Below, piece by piece: positions 20,424 through 30,676 of a stretch of 64,000 nt of DNA; position 1 is the first letter of the stretch; the number at the start of each line of letters is the position of its first letter. Made by a program: the position numbers and the translations under genes. The stretch is taken from positions 66,095-130,094 of the forward strand of contig JAVBME010000008.1 of the NCBI GenBank assembly GCA_031552765.1, in the 5' to 3' direction. This DNA is from Acidaminococcales bacterium. GTDB taxonomy: Bacteria > Bacillota > Negativicutes > Acidaminococcales > JAISLQ01. Below the pieces are notes generated by a model that saw nothing but the letters and a program-made list of their open reading frames with translations, was not told where the DNA came from and did no database searches.

Positions 20424-20456
20424 AAAAAAGGATACCGCGTTATGGTATCCTTTTTT
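20424..20456. terminator. bidirectional terminator between the convergent aminotransferase and histidine kinase genes
   Basis: AAAAAAGGATACC-gcgttat-GGTATCCTTTTTT. It overlaps the last codons of the kinase gene. Confidence 0.8.
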
Positions 20457-22155
20457 CATTTTTAAGCCAGTGGACAAGGCATTTATGCATTAGTTCCGTG
20501 TCGATGGGCTTGGAAAGATAATCGCTGAAACCTGCTTGCAGTAAGCTCTCCTCCACCCCGCTGAGCGCGTTTGCCGTAAGGGCTACAATGGGGATGCTCT
20601 TGTAATAGTCGTCATATTGCCGTATTCTTGCTGTTGTTTCTATACCATCCATATCCGGCATCATCTGATCCATGAATATGATTTCATAGCGTTTTTTCGC
20701 TATTTTTTCCAGCGCTGAGATGCCGGACATTGCCAGGTCGGGTTTTATGCCGTAATCATTTAATATAGCTTCCGCTACTATCAAATTAACGTCTATGTCG
20801 TCGACAACCAATATTTGGGCGCTTTCCGGCAGCTTTATTTCCCTGTAATTTTCTTCCGGCGCTTCCTGAGGCAAATAACCGGCGACAAAAGGAATCTCCA
20901 AGGAAAATGTACTGCCTTTGCCGTATACGCTGTCTACGGTTATCCTACCGTTCATGGCATCACAGATATGTTTGGTGATGGCAAGGCCAAGGCCTGTGCC
21001 TATGATGTTTTTGTTTTTACGCAAATCAAGTTGTTCAAATGGCGAAAAAAGTTTATTGATGTCTTCATTTTTTATACCCAATCCTGTATCGGCAATATCA
21101 AAACGCAAATTGCCGTTTTTTACATGAGCATGGAAAGAAACACTGCCTTCATTGGTATATTTTACGGCATTTACCAAAAGGTTGTTTATCATCTGTCTCA
21201 GCCTGTTTTCGTCGGCGAATATCGCTTGCGGCAAAGCCTGTGACATAGCAAAAGAAAACTTGAGATTTTTTTCTTTGGCAGTGACACTAATCAAGGAGCT
21301 AATATTTTCCAAAAGTGCGTGCAGGTCAAAGTTATCCGGCGCCAGCACCAGCTTTCCCGCTTCTATTTTAGAAAAATCAAGGATGTCGTTTATTATGCTC
21401 AATAGAGAGTTTCCGGCTTTTTTGATGTTGAACAGCAATTTTTTTTGCCGTTCTGTCAACGGATCCTGACCGATGGAGTTTAAAAGGCCGAGTATGGCAT
21501 TCATAGGCGTCCTTATTTCATGCGACATGTTGGCCAGAAAATCCGACTTTGCTTTGTTGGCGCTTTCCGCTTCTTCTTTGGCCTGGAAAAGTTCTGTTAT
21601 GTCATTTATCAATACAAGGACACCGGCAAAGATACCTTCTTCTTTATAAAACGGAAGGACATTAATGTCATATTTAGATTTTTTGACGGAAATTTCCAGC
21701 TTGCCGTTGTGATAGTCGCCGTCGGGATTTGCAATAATTTTTTTGATCAATGTTATCAATTCTTGATTGAAAACCGGCGGATCGTACCTTTCTACTATGG
21801 CATCAAGTTCCCTGCCCTGCAAGATGGAAATGTCTTGAATATCTATGATATTCGTTATGGAATTTGTGCCAAACAGAAATTTCATTTTTTCATCAAAAAC
21901 CAAAATTATATCGGGAAATGATTGTAAAAGCAGGCGGACATACATCTCCTGCTTTATTTTTTCATTGGCTATGGTTTTATTTATACTAGCCTGTGTATCT
22001 ACATTCAACTTGAGGATATCATTTTGTTTTTCGCTTACCCTAAGTGCGCGGGCTAGTTTATTGCATTGCAGTTTAGTTGCTGCAAGTTCTGTTCGCAGGG
22101 CTTCCAAATCATTGCCGGTTTCGCTTGGGGGGCGGCTTACGTCTTGTTTTTCCAT
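20440..22155 (-). CDS. cytoplasmic hybrid sensor histidine kinase / response regulator (coiled coil + PAS-like + HisKA + HATPase_c + REC)
   Basis: 571 aa with no transmembrane segment. H-box SHEIRTPMNAILG, N box LLVNAVKYT, G boxes DTGLGI and GTGLGLAI, and a C-terminal receiver (VVDDIDVN...FMDQMMPDMDG). Confidence 0.9.
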   Translation of the reverse strand: MEKQDVSRPPSETGNDLEALRTELAATKLQCNKLARALRVSEKQNDILKLNVDTQASINKTIANEKIKQEMYVRLLLQSFPDIILVFDEKMKFLFGTNSITNIIDIQDISILQGRELDAIVERYDPPVFNQELITLIKKIIANPDGDYHNGKLEISVKKSKYDINVLPFYKEEGIFAGVLVLINDITELFQAKEEAESANKAKSDFLANMSHEIRTPMNAILGLLNSIGQDPLTERQKKLLFNIKKAGNSLLSIINDILDFSKIEAGKLVLAPDNFDLHALLENISSLISVTAKEKNLKFSFAMSQALPQAIFADENRLRQMINNLLVNAVKYTNEGSVSFHAHVKNGNLRFDIADTGLGIKNEDINKLFSPFEQLDLRKNKNIIGTGLGLAITKHICDAMNGRITVDSVYGKGSTFSLEIPFVAGYLPQEAPEENYREIKLPESAQILVVDDIDVNLIVAEAILNDYGIKPDLAMSGISALEKIAKKRYEIIFMDQMMPDMDGIETTARIRQYDDYYKSIPIVALTANALSGVEESLLQAGFSDYLSKPIDTELMHKCLVHWLKNEKRIP

Positions 22156-22174
22156 AAGAAGAATTTCTCCAGTA

Positions 22175-23347
22175 TCAAATAATCAAGGTAACCAATGAAT
22201 AATTGTGGAAGCGGTTGGCTGGCGAGCAGTCTTTTACGGATGTAGGACATATTTCACCGCCGGCGTAACCCATCATGAACGGAACATTTAAATTAAGCGT
22301 ATTTTTGGCATTTTCCAATTCGGCAAGCGGATCTCTGCCAAGCACCATGCGCCTTATAATGCAGGAGAAAGAAAGTACGCCATGCACGTCCGGCATGTTA
22401 TTTATCTCCTCCATCTTGGCAATAGTGCTGGAAACAACGTCTTCCCGGGTACATTTTGACAAGGTAAATATGGAGTCCTGGTCTACATTGCCGCGAAAGA
22501 TAGCAGTGCCGTCATCTGTAAAAGACGTAAGTACGCGCATAACAGGTATGCCGTCATAGTCTGCGCGTTTTTTCAAGTCGATCATGAACGGGACAAACAG
22601 GAAACTGTCGGTGGGAGCGCCGTTGCTGGCAAAGCCTCGTTCTTCAAAATATTTGTAGGCGTTTATATTATTTATCTCTGCGACCAAAGGTCCTTCCGCC
22701 TTTGTCACTTCGCCGGTGTAGGACATGACATTGTTTTCCGGCAGAGAACCCACTAAAAAGCGCGGTTTTATATTGCCGTAACACAGAACGAACGACATAC
22801 AAGTTCTGGAGTTTACTCCGTTATAGATGGTTTCGCTGCTATCAAAAGATACAGTGTCGTCTATCGCTATTGTGCCGAAATTTGGCGTATGGGGCAGTAT
22901 CTTTCCCCAAATATTAGGATATATATCGCCGGCGTATTTTAAAATGAGCGGCGGGAAAGCCAGTACCAGTTTTGGTTCTTCTGTCATACCGGCCGCTGCT
23001 TTTTCATAAGCTGTCCGGGTCGGTCCTTCGACGTCGTCAGTAAGGTCTTCGGTCACGCCGCTTTTAAAAGTAATATCATCAGCCGTCATGACAAAAATGG
23101 TAAGTATAAGCTCGCCCGCTTGGCCATTTACCGCCTGCGAGGCGGTGGTCACCCCAACCAGTGGGAAAGATAACCGGTCGCATATGTATTTTAAAGTACC
23201 TGACAGTATAAATTCCGGATGACACATGATAATTCCTGCCGTGTTTTCCATTAAGGAAAGTTTTTCATCAAGCTGCTTTTTAATTTCCTGATAAGCTGTT
23301 TCGTGGTCATCGATTTCATAGGTATATACACTTGCGCACTTTAACAT
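22175..23347 (-). CDS. FIST domain protein (FIST_N + FIST_C), putative ligand sensor
   Basis: 390 aa. The size and the C-terminal GYAGGEICP...RFHNYSLV pattern are typical of FIST_C. It lies 19 nt upstream of the kinase gene. Confidence 0.65.
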   Translation of the reverse strand: MLKCASVYTYEIDDHETAYQEIKKQLDEKLSLMENTAGIIMCHPEFILSGTLKYICDRLSFPLVGVTTASQAVNGQAGELILTIFVMTADDITFKSGVTEDLTDDVEGPTRTAYEKAAAGMTEEPKLVLAFPPLILKYAGDIYPNIWGKILPHTPNFGTIAIDDTVSFDSSETIYNGVNSRTCMSFVLCYGNIKPRFLVGSLPENNVMSYTGEVTKAEGPLVAEINNINAYKYFEERGFASNGAPTDSFLFVPFMIDLKKRADYDGIPVMRVLTSFTDDGTAIFRGNVDQDSIFTLSKCTREDVVSSTIAKMEEINNMPDVHGVLSFSCIIRRMVLGRDPLAELENAKNTLNLNVPFMMGYAGGEICPTSVKDCSPANRFHNYSLVTLII

Positions 23348-23383
23348 ATTGCTGACCTCCTAAAATTTCGCGTTGGGTTATAT

Positions 23384-24094
23384 TTACTGCCGGCTTTTTT
23401 TGTTTTTACGCCACAAAAGGGCTCCATATACTATAATTATCAGAACTACGCTGATAGCAAGCCTGTTCATGTTTTGCTCATAATTTACAATATCATGTCC
23501 CAGGATGACTTCAATAGCGGTCGAGGGAAATTTGCCAATAAAGGTCGCAATAACATAATCCCGGACGCTTATCTTGCTGACCGCGCCAAGGGCGGTAAGT
23601 ATGCCTGACGGGAAGTAAGGCAGTGTTCTGGCTAAAGCCATAAAGGTCAACCCTTTTTCCCCGCTTAGTTCGTCAAGGTCTTTCAGGCGTTTGCTTTTTT
23701 CAATAACCGCAAGGGCTGAGTCTCTGAGAAAAAAACGCATGATGAAAAAGCTGATGATAACGCCGATAGATTCGGCTACCCATGATATAAGCACGCCGAG
23801 AGGAATGCCGAACAAAAGCCCGTTGGCTGTAGAAAGGAATATCGAGGGCAAAAAGCCCAGGCAATTTATCAGCACATCAATAAGAAAGCTGACCACAATA
23901 GCCCACACGCCAAAAGAGCGCAGGTACGCTACTGTTCCTTCGATATCGCCTTTGGTGGAAAGTGTCCAGATATTAGTGTAAAAGGCTGGCGCCCATATTT
24001 TTATGGCTGCCAAAATGAGCAGCAAAAAAATGACGGCAGCAAGTTTCAAGTAGGTTTCGGCATGTTTAGAATTTATCAGCATTGCTGCTACCAT
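23384..24094 (-). CDS. TVP38/TMEM64 (DedA-related, VTT domain) membrane protein
   Basis: 236 aa, polytopic. The FLPSIFLSTANGLLFG...SWVAESIG pattern fits the family. Confidence 0.7.
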   Translation of the reverse strand: MVAAMLINSKHAETYLKLAAVIFLLLILAAIKIWAPAFYTNIWTLSTKGDIEGTVAYLRSFGVWAIVVSFLIDVLINCLGFLPSIFLSTANGLLFGIPLGVLISWVAESIGVIISFFIMRFFLRDSALAVIEKSKRLKDLDELSGEKGLTFMALARTLPYFPSGILTALGAVSKISVRDYVIATFIGKFPSTAIEVILGHDIVNYEQNMNRLAISVVLIIIVYGALLWRKNKKSRQ

Positions 24095-24110
24095 TCCTTA
24101 AATATAATTG

Positions 24111-26165
24111 TCAGGCGAAAAAAAGCGTAGAAAATTTTTCGTCATAATTTAGTTTTATCGCGTCTTTCACTGTTTCCATGGCAACAGGATCGTTTACCGT
24201 TCGTCGGGCGGCTTCCCTGGCCTCTAGCAATATGTCTACATCGGAAAAAATATCTGCCAGTTTCAAATCGGGCAAACCGTGCTGCCTAGTACCGAACAAC
24301 TCACCTGCCCCACGTAGTTTCAGATCTTCTTCCGCCAGGGAAAAACCATCGCTGCAAGTGGTCATCAGCTGCAAGCGTTGCAGGGTCTGCGGCGTATTCA
24401 TATTGCTGATAAGCGCACAATAGGACTGGTGGGGCCCGCGGCCGATACGGCCCCTGAGCTGGTGCAGTTGTGCCAGTCCGAAGCGTTCCGCCCCTTCCAC
24501 CACCATTAGTGAAGCATTTGGCACATTTATACCTACTTCAATGACAGTAGTGCTGATGAGTACTTTTATTTTACCTGTTATAAAATCCGTCATTATAGAA
24601 TCTTTTTCTGTCTGCTTTAGCTTACCGTGCAAAAGTGCGGTGGGGATATTTTGCAAAAAGTTTTCTGTCAGCATTTTGTATAATTCTGTTACAGAAATAG
24701 TATCGATTTTTTCAGACTCTTCAATAAGCGGGCACACTACATATGCCTGACGCCCTAATTTTATCTGCCTGACCAGGCCATTGTATACATTTTTTCTTTT
24801 GGTCTCATTATAGCACAAAGTCATTATCGGTTTACGTCCCGGCGGCAACTCTTTTATTAAAGATACATCCAGGTCGCCGTATACTGTCAAAGCCATAGTT
24901 CGCGGTATCGGGGTCGCGGTCATGACCAGGGTATCGGGAATGCCGGGGGTCTTATTGACCAGACCCGCCCGTTGTTTTACGCCGAAACGGTGCTGTTCGT
25001 CAGTGACTACCAGCGAAAGATGCTTGAATTCCACATCTTTTTGCAAAAGGGCATGTGTGCCGATAATAACGTCAAGACGGCCGCTAGCCAAATCATCAAG
25101 TATTTCTTTACGTCTGGCTGCGCCGGTGCTGCCTGTAAGAATATCTGTCTTGATGCCTAGCGGCGCCAAAAGAAGTGACAAGGTGTCAAAATGCTGCGCC
25201 GCCAATATTTCGGTAGGCGCCATCAGCGCGCTCTGAAAACCGTTTTCGGCGGCCTTCACCAGCGCCAGGGCAGCAACCGCAGTCTTGCCGGAACCGACGT
25301 CGCCTTGCAGCAAACGATGCATGGGCGTAGCATCTTCCATATCATTTTCAATGTCCTGCCAGGCGGCTTTTTGCCCAGGCGTAAGTTCAAACGGAAAAGC
25401 CGAAAGAATTTCTTTTATCTTTTGAGAGCTAGCCGCGTGTTTAAAACCTTGAGAGTTCAATTTTACTCTGTTGCGGTAATGCATCAATGCGCACTGCATA
25501 AGATAAAGCTCTTCAAATACCAGACGCTTTTTCGCCGCTTTATATGCCGGCCAGTTGGATGGAAAATGCATATTGGCTATAGCGTCAGTGCGTCCGATAA
25601 AGGCTTGTTCATATAAAACATTTGCCGGGAGAGTTTCCGGCATTCCTTCGTTGTTTATTGCTTCTACAGCGTTTTTTATTATAGTCCGCAAAAAATTTTG
25701 TGTAAGTTGTCCGCTTAAACTATATACAGGGATTATGCTGCTTTCAATAGTTTCTTCCTTGTTGTCGATAGTTGCCTCTGTTACCATTTTGGCCGTACGT
25801 CCGGGCTGTATTTTGCCGGAAATGACCACCGGCATTCCGTTTTTTAATGTACGGGCCCGAAAAATTTGGCTGCCGAAAAGATATATCTCGGCATAACCTG
25901 TATCATCCCTTACCCGCAAAAGGGCGTAACGCCGGCCGCGGCCGGAACGCTTTTCCTGCACGGCGGCGACCTCGGCTTGGAATATTTGCCGCTGGCCAAA
26001 CTCCAGTTGCGATATTTTCTTTACCTTACCATAATCGAGGTAATGACCCTGGCGCGGAAAATACAAAAGTAGGTCGTTTATGCATTCTATACCTATTTGT
26101 TTTAATTGTTCCGCCCGTTTTTCACCAATACCTTTAAGGCCAGTGACAGGTTTTTGTAATAACAT
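24111..26165 (-). CDS. recG: ATP-dependent DNA helicase RecG
   Basis: 684 aa with a wedge domain plus [17 protein letters not shown] and [12 protein letters not shown]. Confidence 0.95.
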   Translation of the reverse strand: MLLQKPVTGLKGIGEKRAEQLKQIGIECINDLLLYFPRQGHYLDYGKVKKISQLEFGQRQIFQAEVAAVQEKRSGRGRRYALLRVRDDTGYAEIYLFGSQIFRARTLKNGMPVVISGKIQPGRTAKMVTEATIDNKEETIESSIIPVYSLSGQLTQNFLRTIIKNAVEAINNEGMPETLPANVLYEQAFIGRTDAIANMHFPSNWPAYKAAKKRLVFEELYLMQCALMHYRNRVKLNSQGFKHAASSQKIKEILSAFPFELTPGQKAAWQDIENDMEDATPMHRLLQGDVGSGKTAVAALALVKAAENGFQSALMAPTEILAAQHFDTLSLLLAPLGIKTDILTGSTGAARRKEILDDLASGRLDVIIGTHALLQKDVEFKHLSLVVTDEQHRFGVKQRAGLVNKTPGIPDTLVMTATPIPRTMALTVYGDLDVSLIKELPPGRKPIMTLCYNETKRKNVYNGLVRQIKLGRQAYVVCPLIEESEKIDTISVTELYKMLTENFLQNIPTALLHGKLKQTEKDSIMTDFITGKIKVLISTTVIEVGINVPNASLMVVEGAERFGLAQLHQLRGRIGRGPHQSYCALISNMNTPQTLQRLQLMTTCSDGFSLAEEDLKLRGAGELFGTRQHGLPDLKLADIFSDVDILLEAREAARRTVNDPVAMETVKDAIKLNYDEKFSTLFFA

Positions 26166-26178
26166 AATAAACTCCGGC

Positions 26179-26208
26179 TTGCTTTTTCTATAAGTGGTGT
26201 GTTAAAAT
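26179..26208 (+). promoter_or_regulatory. candidate sigma-A promoter for rpmB
   Basis: TTGCTT (26179-26184), an 18 nt spacer ending in TGt, then TAAAAT (26203-26208). Confidence 0.45.
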
Positions 26209-26260
26209 AGCTTTGTTGTATCTGAGATATTTTCCTTCATTCCAAAAGGAGGTGTAATAC

Positions 26261-26452
26261 ATGGCTAAACTTTGTGAGGTTTGCGGCAAGAATGAAACGT
26301 CTGGTTGCTTGGTAAGCCATTCCAACAGGCATACTAAACGTACATGGAAACCCAATATACAAAAAGTAAGAGCAAAAGTCGGCGATGAAATCAAACGCGT
26401 AAACGTTTGCACTCGTTGTCTGCGTTCCGGCAAATTAAACCGCGCTATCTAA
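26261..26452 (+). CDS. rpmB: 50S ribosomal protein L28
   Basis: 63 aa, MAKLCEVCGKNETSGCLVSHSNRHTKRTWKPNIQKVRA... A GGAGGTG RBS lies upstream. Confidence 0.95.
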   Translation: MAKLCEVCGKNETSGCLVSHSNRHTKRTWKPNIQKVRAKVGDEIKRVNVCTRCLRSGKLNRAI

Positions 26453-26516
26453 ACTTTAATATCTGTCAACAGAACTATATTCATGATATGGATATAGTTT
26501 TTTTCTTTGATATTAA

Positions 26517-26548
26517 GAAAACGACCCGTGAAGGTCGTTTTCTTTTTT
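26517..26548. terminator. terminator between convergent rpmB and rny
   Basis: GAAAACGACC-cgtgaa-GGTCGTTTTC followed by TTTTTT on the plus strand. Confidence 0.8.
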
Positions 26549-26550
26549 AA

Positions 26551-28098
26551 TTATTTTGCATAATCGACAGCGCGGGTCTCCCTAATTACTGTGACTTTTA
26601 TCTGTCCGGGATACTCCAGCTCTTCTTCAATCTTTTTGACAATCTCACGCGCCAGGGTAACCGATGTCACATCGTCGACCTTTTCAGGTTTGACCATGAT
26701 CCGGACTTCCCTGCCTGCTTGAATGGCAAAAGATTTTTCTATACCATCAAATGATTCTGCAATTTCTTCCAATCGTGTCAAACGTTTGAGATAACTTTCG
26801 AGCGTCTCACGCCTTGCACCGGGACGGGCGGCGGATACAGCATCGGCTGCGGCCACCAGGACAGCCTGTACGGTTATTGGCTCGACATCGCCGTGATGCG
26901 CCATGATGGCGTTAACAACTTCTTTGGATTCGCGGTATTTTTTTGCAATCTCTCCACCTATTTCAACGTGCGTGCCTTCGACCTCATGGTCGATGGCTTT
27001 GCCGATATCGTGCAAGAGGCCGGCCCGTTTGGCCAGCATAACGTCCACTCCCAGCTCGGCGGCCATAAGGCCTGCCAGATGAGCAACTTCTATAGAATGG
27101 TTGAGGACGTTTTGCCCGTAACTGGTACGGTATTTGAGTCGGCCAATAAGCCGGATGATTTCAGGATGAAGCCCGTGTACGCCTGTTGCAAAAGTGGCTT
27201 GTTCGCCAGCATCCTTGATCTTTTGCTCAACTTCTTTTTGTGCTTTCTCTACCATCTCTTCGATGCGCGCCGGGTGTATACGGCCGTCTGTAATGAGTTT
27301 TTCCAGCGTTATTTTCGCCACTTCGCGGCGCACCGGGTCAAATCCAGACAAAATAACCGCCTCAGGCGTATCGTCGATGATAAGATCTATACCGGTCATC
27401 GTCTCAAGGGTTCGTATGTTGCGGCCTTCCCGGCCGATAATACGCCCTTTCATTTCATCGTTGGGCAGGTTTACCACCGAAACAGTGGTCTCGGCAACAT
27501 GATCCGCCGCACAACGCTGAATTGCCAAAGATATTATTTCACGCGCTTTCTTGTCGGCTTCCTCTTTAGCTTGCTGTTCGAGATCTTTAATAAGTATAGC
27601 CGTTTCATAGCGTATTTCTTCTTCCACGGTTTTCAAGAGTTCTTTTTTGGCGTCTTCAAAAGTAAGGCTGGATATTCGTTCCAGTTCGGCAAGCTGTTTT
27701 ACATGCAATTCTTCTATTTCCGATTGCTTTTTATCCAGTTCGCCTTCTTTTTGTGCGATTATCTCTTCTTTTTTCTCAAAAGAATCTAGCTTACGATCGA
27801 GATTTTCCTCTTTTTGAGTAAGGCGGCGTTCCATGCGTTGCAACTCGCTGCGCCGTTCCTTGTTCTCCCGTTCGGATTCATTTTTGATTTTCAAAACTTC
27901 TTCTTTTGTCTCTAACAGTAGTTCTTTTTTCTTGGCCTCACTTGCCTTTTCAGCTTCGGTTAAAATCCTTTTCGCTTCAGCTTCCGCCGATCCTATTTTA
28001 TTTTCCGCGGAGTTTTTACGAAGAAAGTAGCCGCCAGCGAGACCAGTAATAATTGCAAAGACTATTGTCAAAATTTCTTCTAAACTTATTACTTTCAC
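26551..28098 (-). CDS. rny: ribonuclease Y
   Basis: 515 aa with an N-terminal membrane anchor, a coiled coil, a KH domain ([12 protein letters not shown]) and an HD domain (LLHDIGK). Confidence 0.95.
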   Translation of the reverse strand: MKVISLEEILTIVFAIITGLAGGYFLRKNSAENKIGSAEAEAKRILTEAEKASEAKKKELLLETKEEVLKIKNESERENKERRSELQRMERRLTQKEENLDRKLDSFEKKEEIIAQKEGELDKKQSEIEELHVKQLAELERISSLTFEDAKKELLKTVEEEIRYETAILIKDLEQQAKEEADKKAREIISLAIQRCAADHVAETTVSVVNLPNDEMKGRIIGREGRNIRTLETMTGIDLIIDDTPEAVILSGFDPVRREVAKITLEKLITDGRIHPARIEEMVEKAQKEVEQKIKDAGEQATFATGVHGLHPEIIRLIGRLKYRTSYGQNVLNHSIEVAHLAGLMAAELGVDVMLAKRAGLLHDIGKAIDHEVEGTHVEIGGEIAKKYRESKEVVNAIMAHHGDVEPITVQAVLVAAADAVSAARPGARRETLESYLKRLTRLEEIAESFDGIEKSFAIQAGREVRIMVKPEKVDDVTSVTLAREIVKKIEEELEYPGQIKVTVIRETRAVDYAK

Positions 28099-28179
28099 CT
28101 CCTTACAAGTGTTTTATAAAAATATTGGGCTTTTATTCCCGGTTGGATTACTAAAAAATTTACACGATTGGCTATGCTA

Positions 28180-28208
28180 ATTGTATCGGGTTTTAAAATA
28201 TGTGTCAA
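28180..28208 (-). promoter_or_regulatory. sigma-A promoter for rny
   Basis: The minus strand reads TTGACA (28208-28203), a 17 nt spacer, then TACAAT (28185-28180). The 5' UTR is about 80 nt and ends in AAGGAGGTG. Confidence 0.65.
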
Positions 28209-28217
28209 GGCAGGTAG

Positions 28218-28721
28218 TCACTGCTCAAGAGATATTTTTAACTTTCCGGAGACTACTCTTTTTATCGTAGTATAAGAAAAACCTTTGGCCGACATATGGC
28301 GCAGAAGTTTTGCCAAACTTTTGGGATCGGTCACTTGGTGTAGCTTGAGATAATTGGTAAGAGTTTTGTCCGCTTTTTCCGTTTCGTCAAAATCATCAAG
28401 TGCCAAAGCTTCGTTTATGGTGTTTTTAGCCAGGCCGCGTTTAAATAGTTTAGCTTTGAGGGAGTTTTTACCGCTGGTTTCGCTTTTCTTCCAGCGTTCG
28501 CAAATACTCTCACATAATCTTTCGTCATTTATATAATTATTCTTAAGCAAATAGTCTAAAACTGCCTGGGCGATATCGCCCGGGCAGTTTCTTTTCGCAA
28601 GGTTCGCTAGTATTTCCTGGCTGGAGCGGTCGGCTATAGCTAATTTTTTGTAGGCAAAATCCATCGCTTCAGAAAAAGTGTCAATTTTCTTTTTCCGCAA
28701 CATCAGCAGCATCCGCCTCAT
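28218..28721 (-). CDS. recX: recombination regulator RecX
   Basis: 167 aa helical-repeat protein directly after recA. The longest ORF overlaps the recA 3' end by 41 nt, and the true start may be one of the downstream Met codons. Confidence 0.75.
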   Translation of the reverse strand: MRRMLLMLRKKKIDTFSEAMDFAYKKLAIADRSSQEILANLAKRNCPGDIAQAVLDYLLKNNYINDERLCESICERWKKSETSGKNSLKAKLFKRGLAKNTINEALALDDFDETEKADKTLTNYLKLHQVTDPKSLAKLLRHMSAKGFSYTTIKRVVSGKLKISLEQ

Positions 28722-29745
28722 CAGAAGATGTTTTTAAAGAAGTAAATCCCTGTTGCCTTATTTTATCTTCGACTTCCTTGGCGATTTTCGGATTGTCGCG
28801 CAGGAAATCTTTAACATTTTCCTTGCCCTGTCCCAAACGGTTGTCGGCATACGAATACCAGGAGCCGCTTTTATTGATTATATCCATATCGACGGCAAGG
28901 TCTACTATACAACCTTCATGGGAAATGCCCTGACCGTACATGATATCGAATTCCGCCTGTTTGAAAGGCGGCGCCACTTTATTTTTCACGACTTTTACTT
29001 TTGTCCTGTTGCCTATTATGTCGTTGCCGTTTTTGATACTGTCTACCCGGCGCACTTCAAGACGTACGCTGGAATAAAATTTGAGCGCGCGGCCGCCGGT
29101 AGTAGTTTCCGGGTTGCCGAACATTACGCCGACCTTTTCCCTAATCTGGTTGATAAAAACGGTAACTGTGCGCGATTTGCTAATGATACCAGTCAATTTA
29201 CGCAAAGCCTGGCTCATCAACCTGGCGTGAAGGCCTACGTGCGAGTCGCCCATATCGCCTTCGATTTCAGCGCGCGGCACCAGGGCTGCGACCGAGTCGA
29301 TAACTATTATATCGATAGCGCCGCTGCGCACTAAAGCATCCGCTATCTCCAACGCCTGTTCGCCGTTGTCCGGCTGGGAAATCAGAAGGTTGTCCACATC
29401 TACGCCCAGTCTTTTGGCGTATTCGGGATCGAGCGCATGTTCCGCGTCTATAAAAGCGGCATAGCCGCCCATTTTTTGTGTCTCCGCTATCATGTGCAGC
29501 GCTACGGTAGTTTTACCGGAGGATTCAGGCCCGTATATCTCTATGACGCGTCCACGCGGAATACCGCCTACGCCAAGCGCAACATCTAGAGAAAGCGCTC
29601 CGGTCGGAATAACTTCCAGGTTCATCTTAGCGCTGGCTTCGCCCAGCATCATTATTGAACCTTTGCCGAAATCTTTTTCTATTTGGCGTATCGCCAGTTC
29701 CAATGCTTTGTTTTTGTCGACACTTTTGTCAGGTTTTTCCGCCAT
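28681..29745 (-). CDS. recA: recombinase RecA
   Basis: The ORF track begins at 29802. The start is reassigned to ATG 29745 ([16 protein letters not shown]...), which is preceded by [17 protein letters not shown]-loop. Confidence 0.95.
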   Translation of the reverse strand: MAEKPDKSVDKNKALELAIRQIEKDFGKGSIMMLGEASAKMNLEVIPTGALSLDVALGVGGIPRGRVIEIYGPESSGKTTVALHMIAETQKMGGYAAFIDAEHALDPEYAKRLGVDVDNLLISQPDNGEQALEIADALVRSGAIDIIVIDSVAALVPRAEIEGDMGDSHVGLHARLMSQALRKLTGIISKSRTVTVFINQIREKVGVMFGNPETTTGGRALKFYSSVRLEVRRVDSIKNGNDIIGNRTKVKVVKNKVAPPFKQAEFDIMYGQGISHEGCIVDLAVDMDIINKSGSWYSYADNRLGQGKENVKDFLRDNPKIAKEVEDKIRQQGFTSLKTSSDEADAADVAEKEN

Positions 29746-29773
29746 GTAGCACCTCCGTATTGTTACTACCAAT

Positions 29774-29802
29774 ATAATACAAACAAATGTTTGCATTGTC
29801 AA
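29774..29802 (-). promoter_or_regulatory. recA promoter with an embedded Cheo-box-like palindrome
   Basis: The minus strand reads TTGACA (29802-29797), a 17 nt spacer, then TATTAT (29779-29774). The spacer contains CAAACAtttGTTTG (29793-29780). Confidence 0.6.
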
Positions 29803-29806
29803 TAGT

Positions 29807-30664
29807 TCAACTATTTTTTAATGTTTTTATTTCTTCCTGACTGAAAGTATAGCTGTTATTACAAAAATGGCAACGCACTTCGGTTTTTTCATCATCGGCA
29901 ATAGACTCAAGGTCGGATTTGGACAACCCGGCCAACATGTCCGCCACTTGCTCGCGCGAACAGCCGCAGTAAAAACGCACCGGCGTCTCATCATGGATGG
30001 TCGGTTGCATCTCGCCGCAAATTTTTTTGATGATATCGGCCGGCGTCATCCCTTTTTCCAGCATTACCGTGACAGGCTCAAGGTTGTTTATATTAGCCTC
30101 CAGTGTTTGCAGCGCCAGTTCATTCGCCTCAGGCATTGCCTGAACAAAAAAACCGCCGGCGGCCTTGACTTTGCCGTCTGTTCCTACAAGTACGCCAAGG
30201 GCGATGCTGGCTGGAGTCTGCTCGGAAATATACAGGTAGTTGGTAAGGTCTGCGGCTATTTCACCGCTTACAAGTTCGGCCGAGCCGCTAAATGGCGTCT
30301 TCAGCCCGGTAAAACGCGTCACTATGATTTGCCCTTGGCCTACTCCGCCCGCTACGTCTATTTTTCCGTTTTTGGCCGGCAAATCCGCTTGCGGGTTATC
30401 TATATAACCGCGCACATTGAAATTGCCCGCATCGGCCAACACATTGCCCAGTGGTCCGTCGCCGGCAATTTTTAGAGTAATGCGTTCTTCGTTTTCTTTA
30501 AGCGTAGAGGCCAAAAGAAGCGCGCCGGTCATGGTGCGCCCCAGGGCCGCGGCCGCTAATGGCCAGCAGCCATGCCTTTGACAAGCTTCTTCTACTAATA
30601 TAGTGCTGTCTACTGCATATATCCTTACTCCGTCTACAGTAGCGCGCGTCAAAACATCCGGCAT
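29807..30664 (-). CDS. hslO: redox-regulated chaperone Hsp33
   Basis: 285 aa with the C-terminal zinc centre CGCS...CHFC. Confidence 0.92.
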   Translation of the reverse strand: MPDVLTRATVDGVRIYAVDSTILVEEACQRHGCWPLAAAALGRTMTGALLLASTLKENEERITLKIAGDGPLGNVLADAGNFNVRGYIDNPQADLPAKNGKIDVAGGVGQGQIIVTRFTGLKTPFSGSAELVSGEIAADLTNYLYISEQTPASIALGVLVGTDGKVKAAGGFFVQAMPEANELALQTLEANINNLEPVTVMLEKGMTPADIIKKICGEMQPTIHDETPVRFYCGCSREQVADMLAGLSKSDLESIADDEKTEVRCHFCNNSYTFSQEEIKTLKNS

Positions 30665-30676
30665 TTATGCCCTCCA

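Noticed and set aside
26893-27789. 298 aa plus-strand ORF, and similar ORFs at 46926-47768, 4565-5251, 58084-58848 and 59379-60047
   Set aside because: All lie opposite strongly supported genes (rny, metK, plsC, and the SBP/GTPase/ABC genes). They show a skewed composition with no motifs and are treated as antisense shadows.
29801-29815. Palindrome AATAGTTcAACTATT overlapping the recA -35 element and the hslO stop codon
   Set aside because: As a hairpin, the stem would be 5 AU pairs with no U-tract, so it is not a credible terminator. The half-sites are in the wrong order for a GAAC-N4-GTTC LexA box. The spacer palindrome at 29780-29793 is the better operator candidate.
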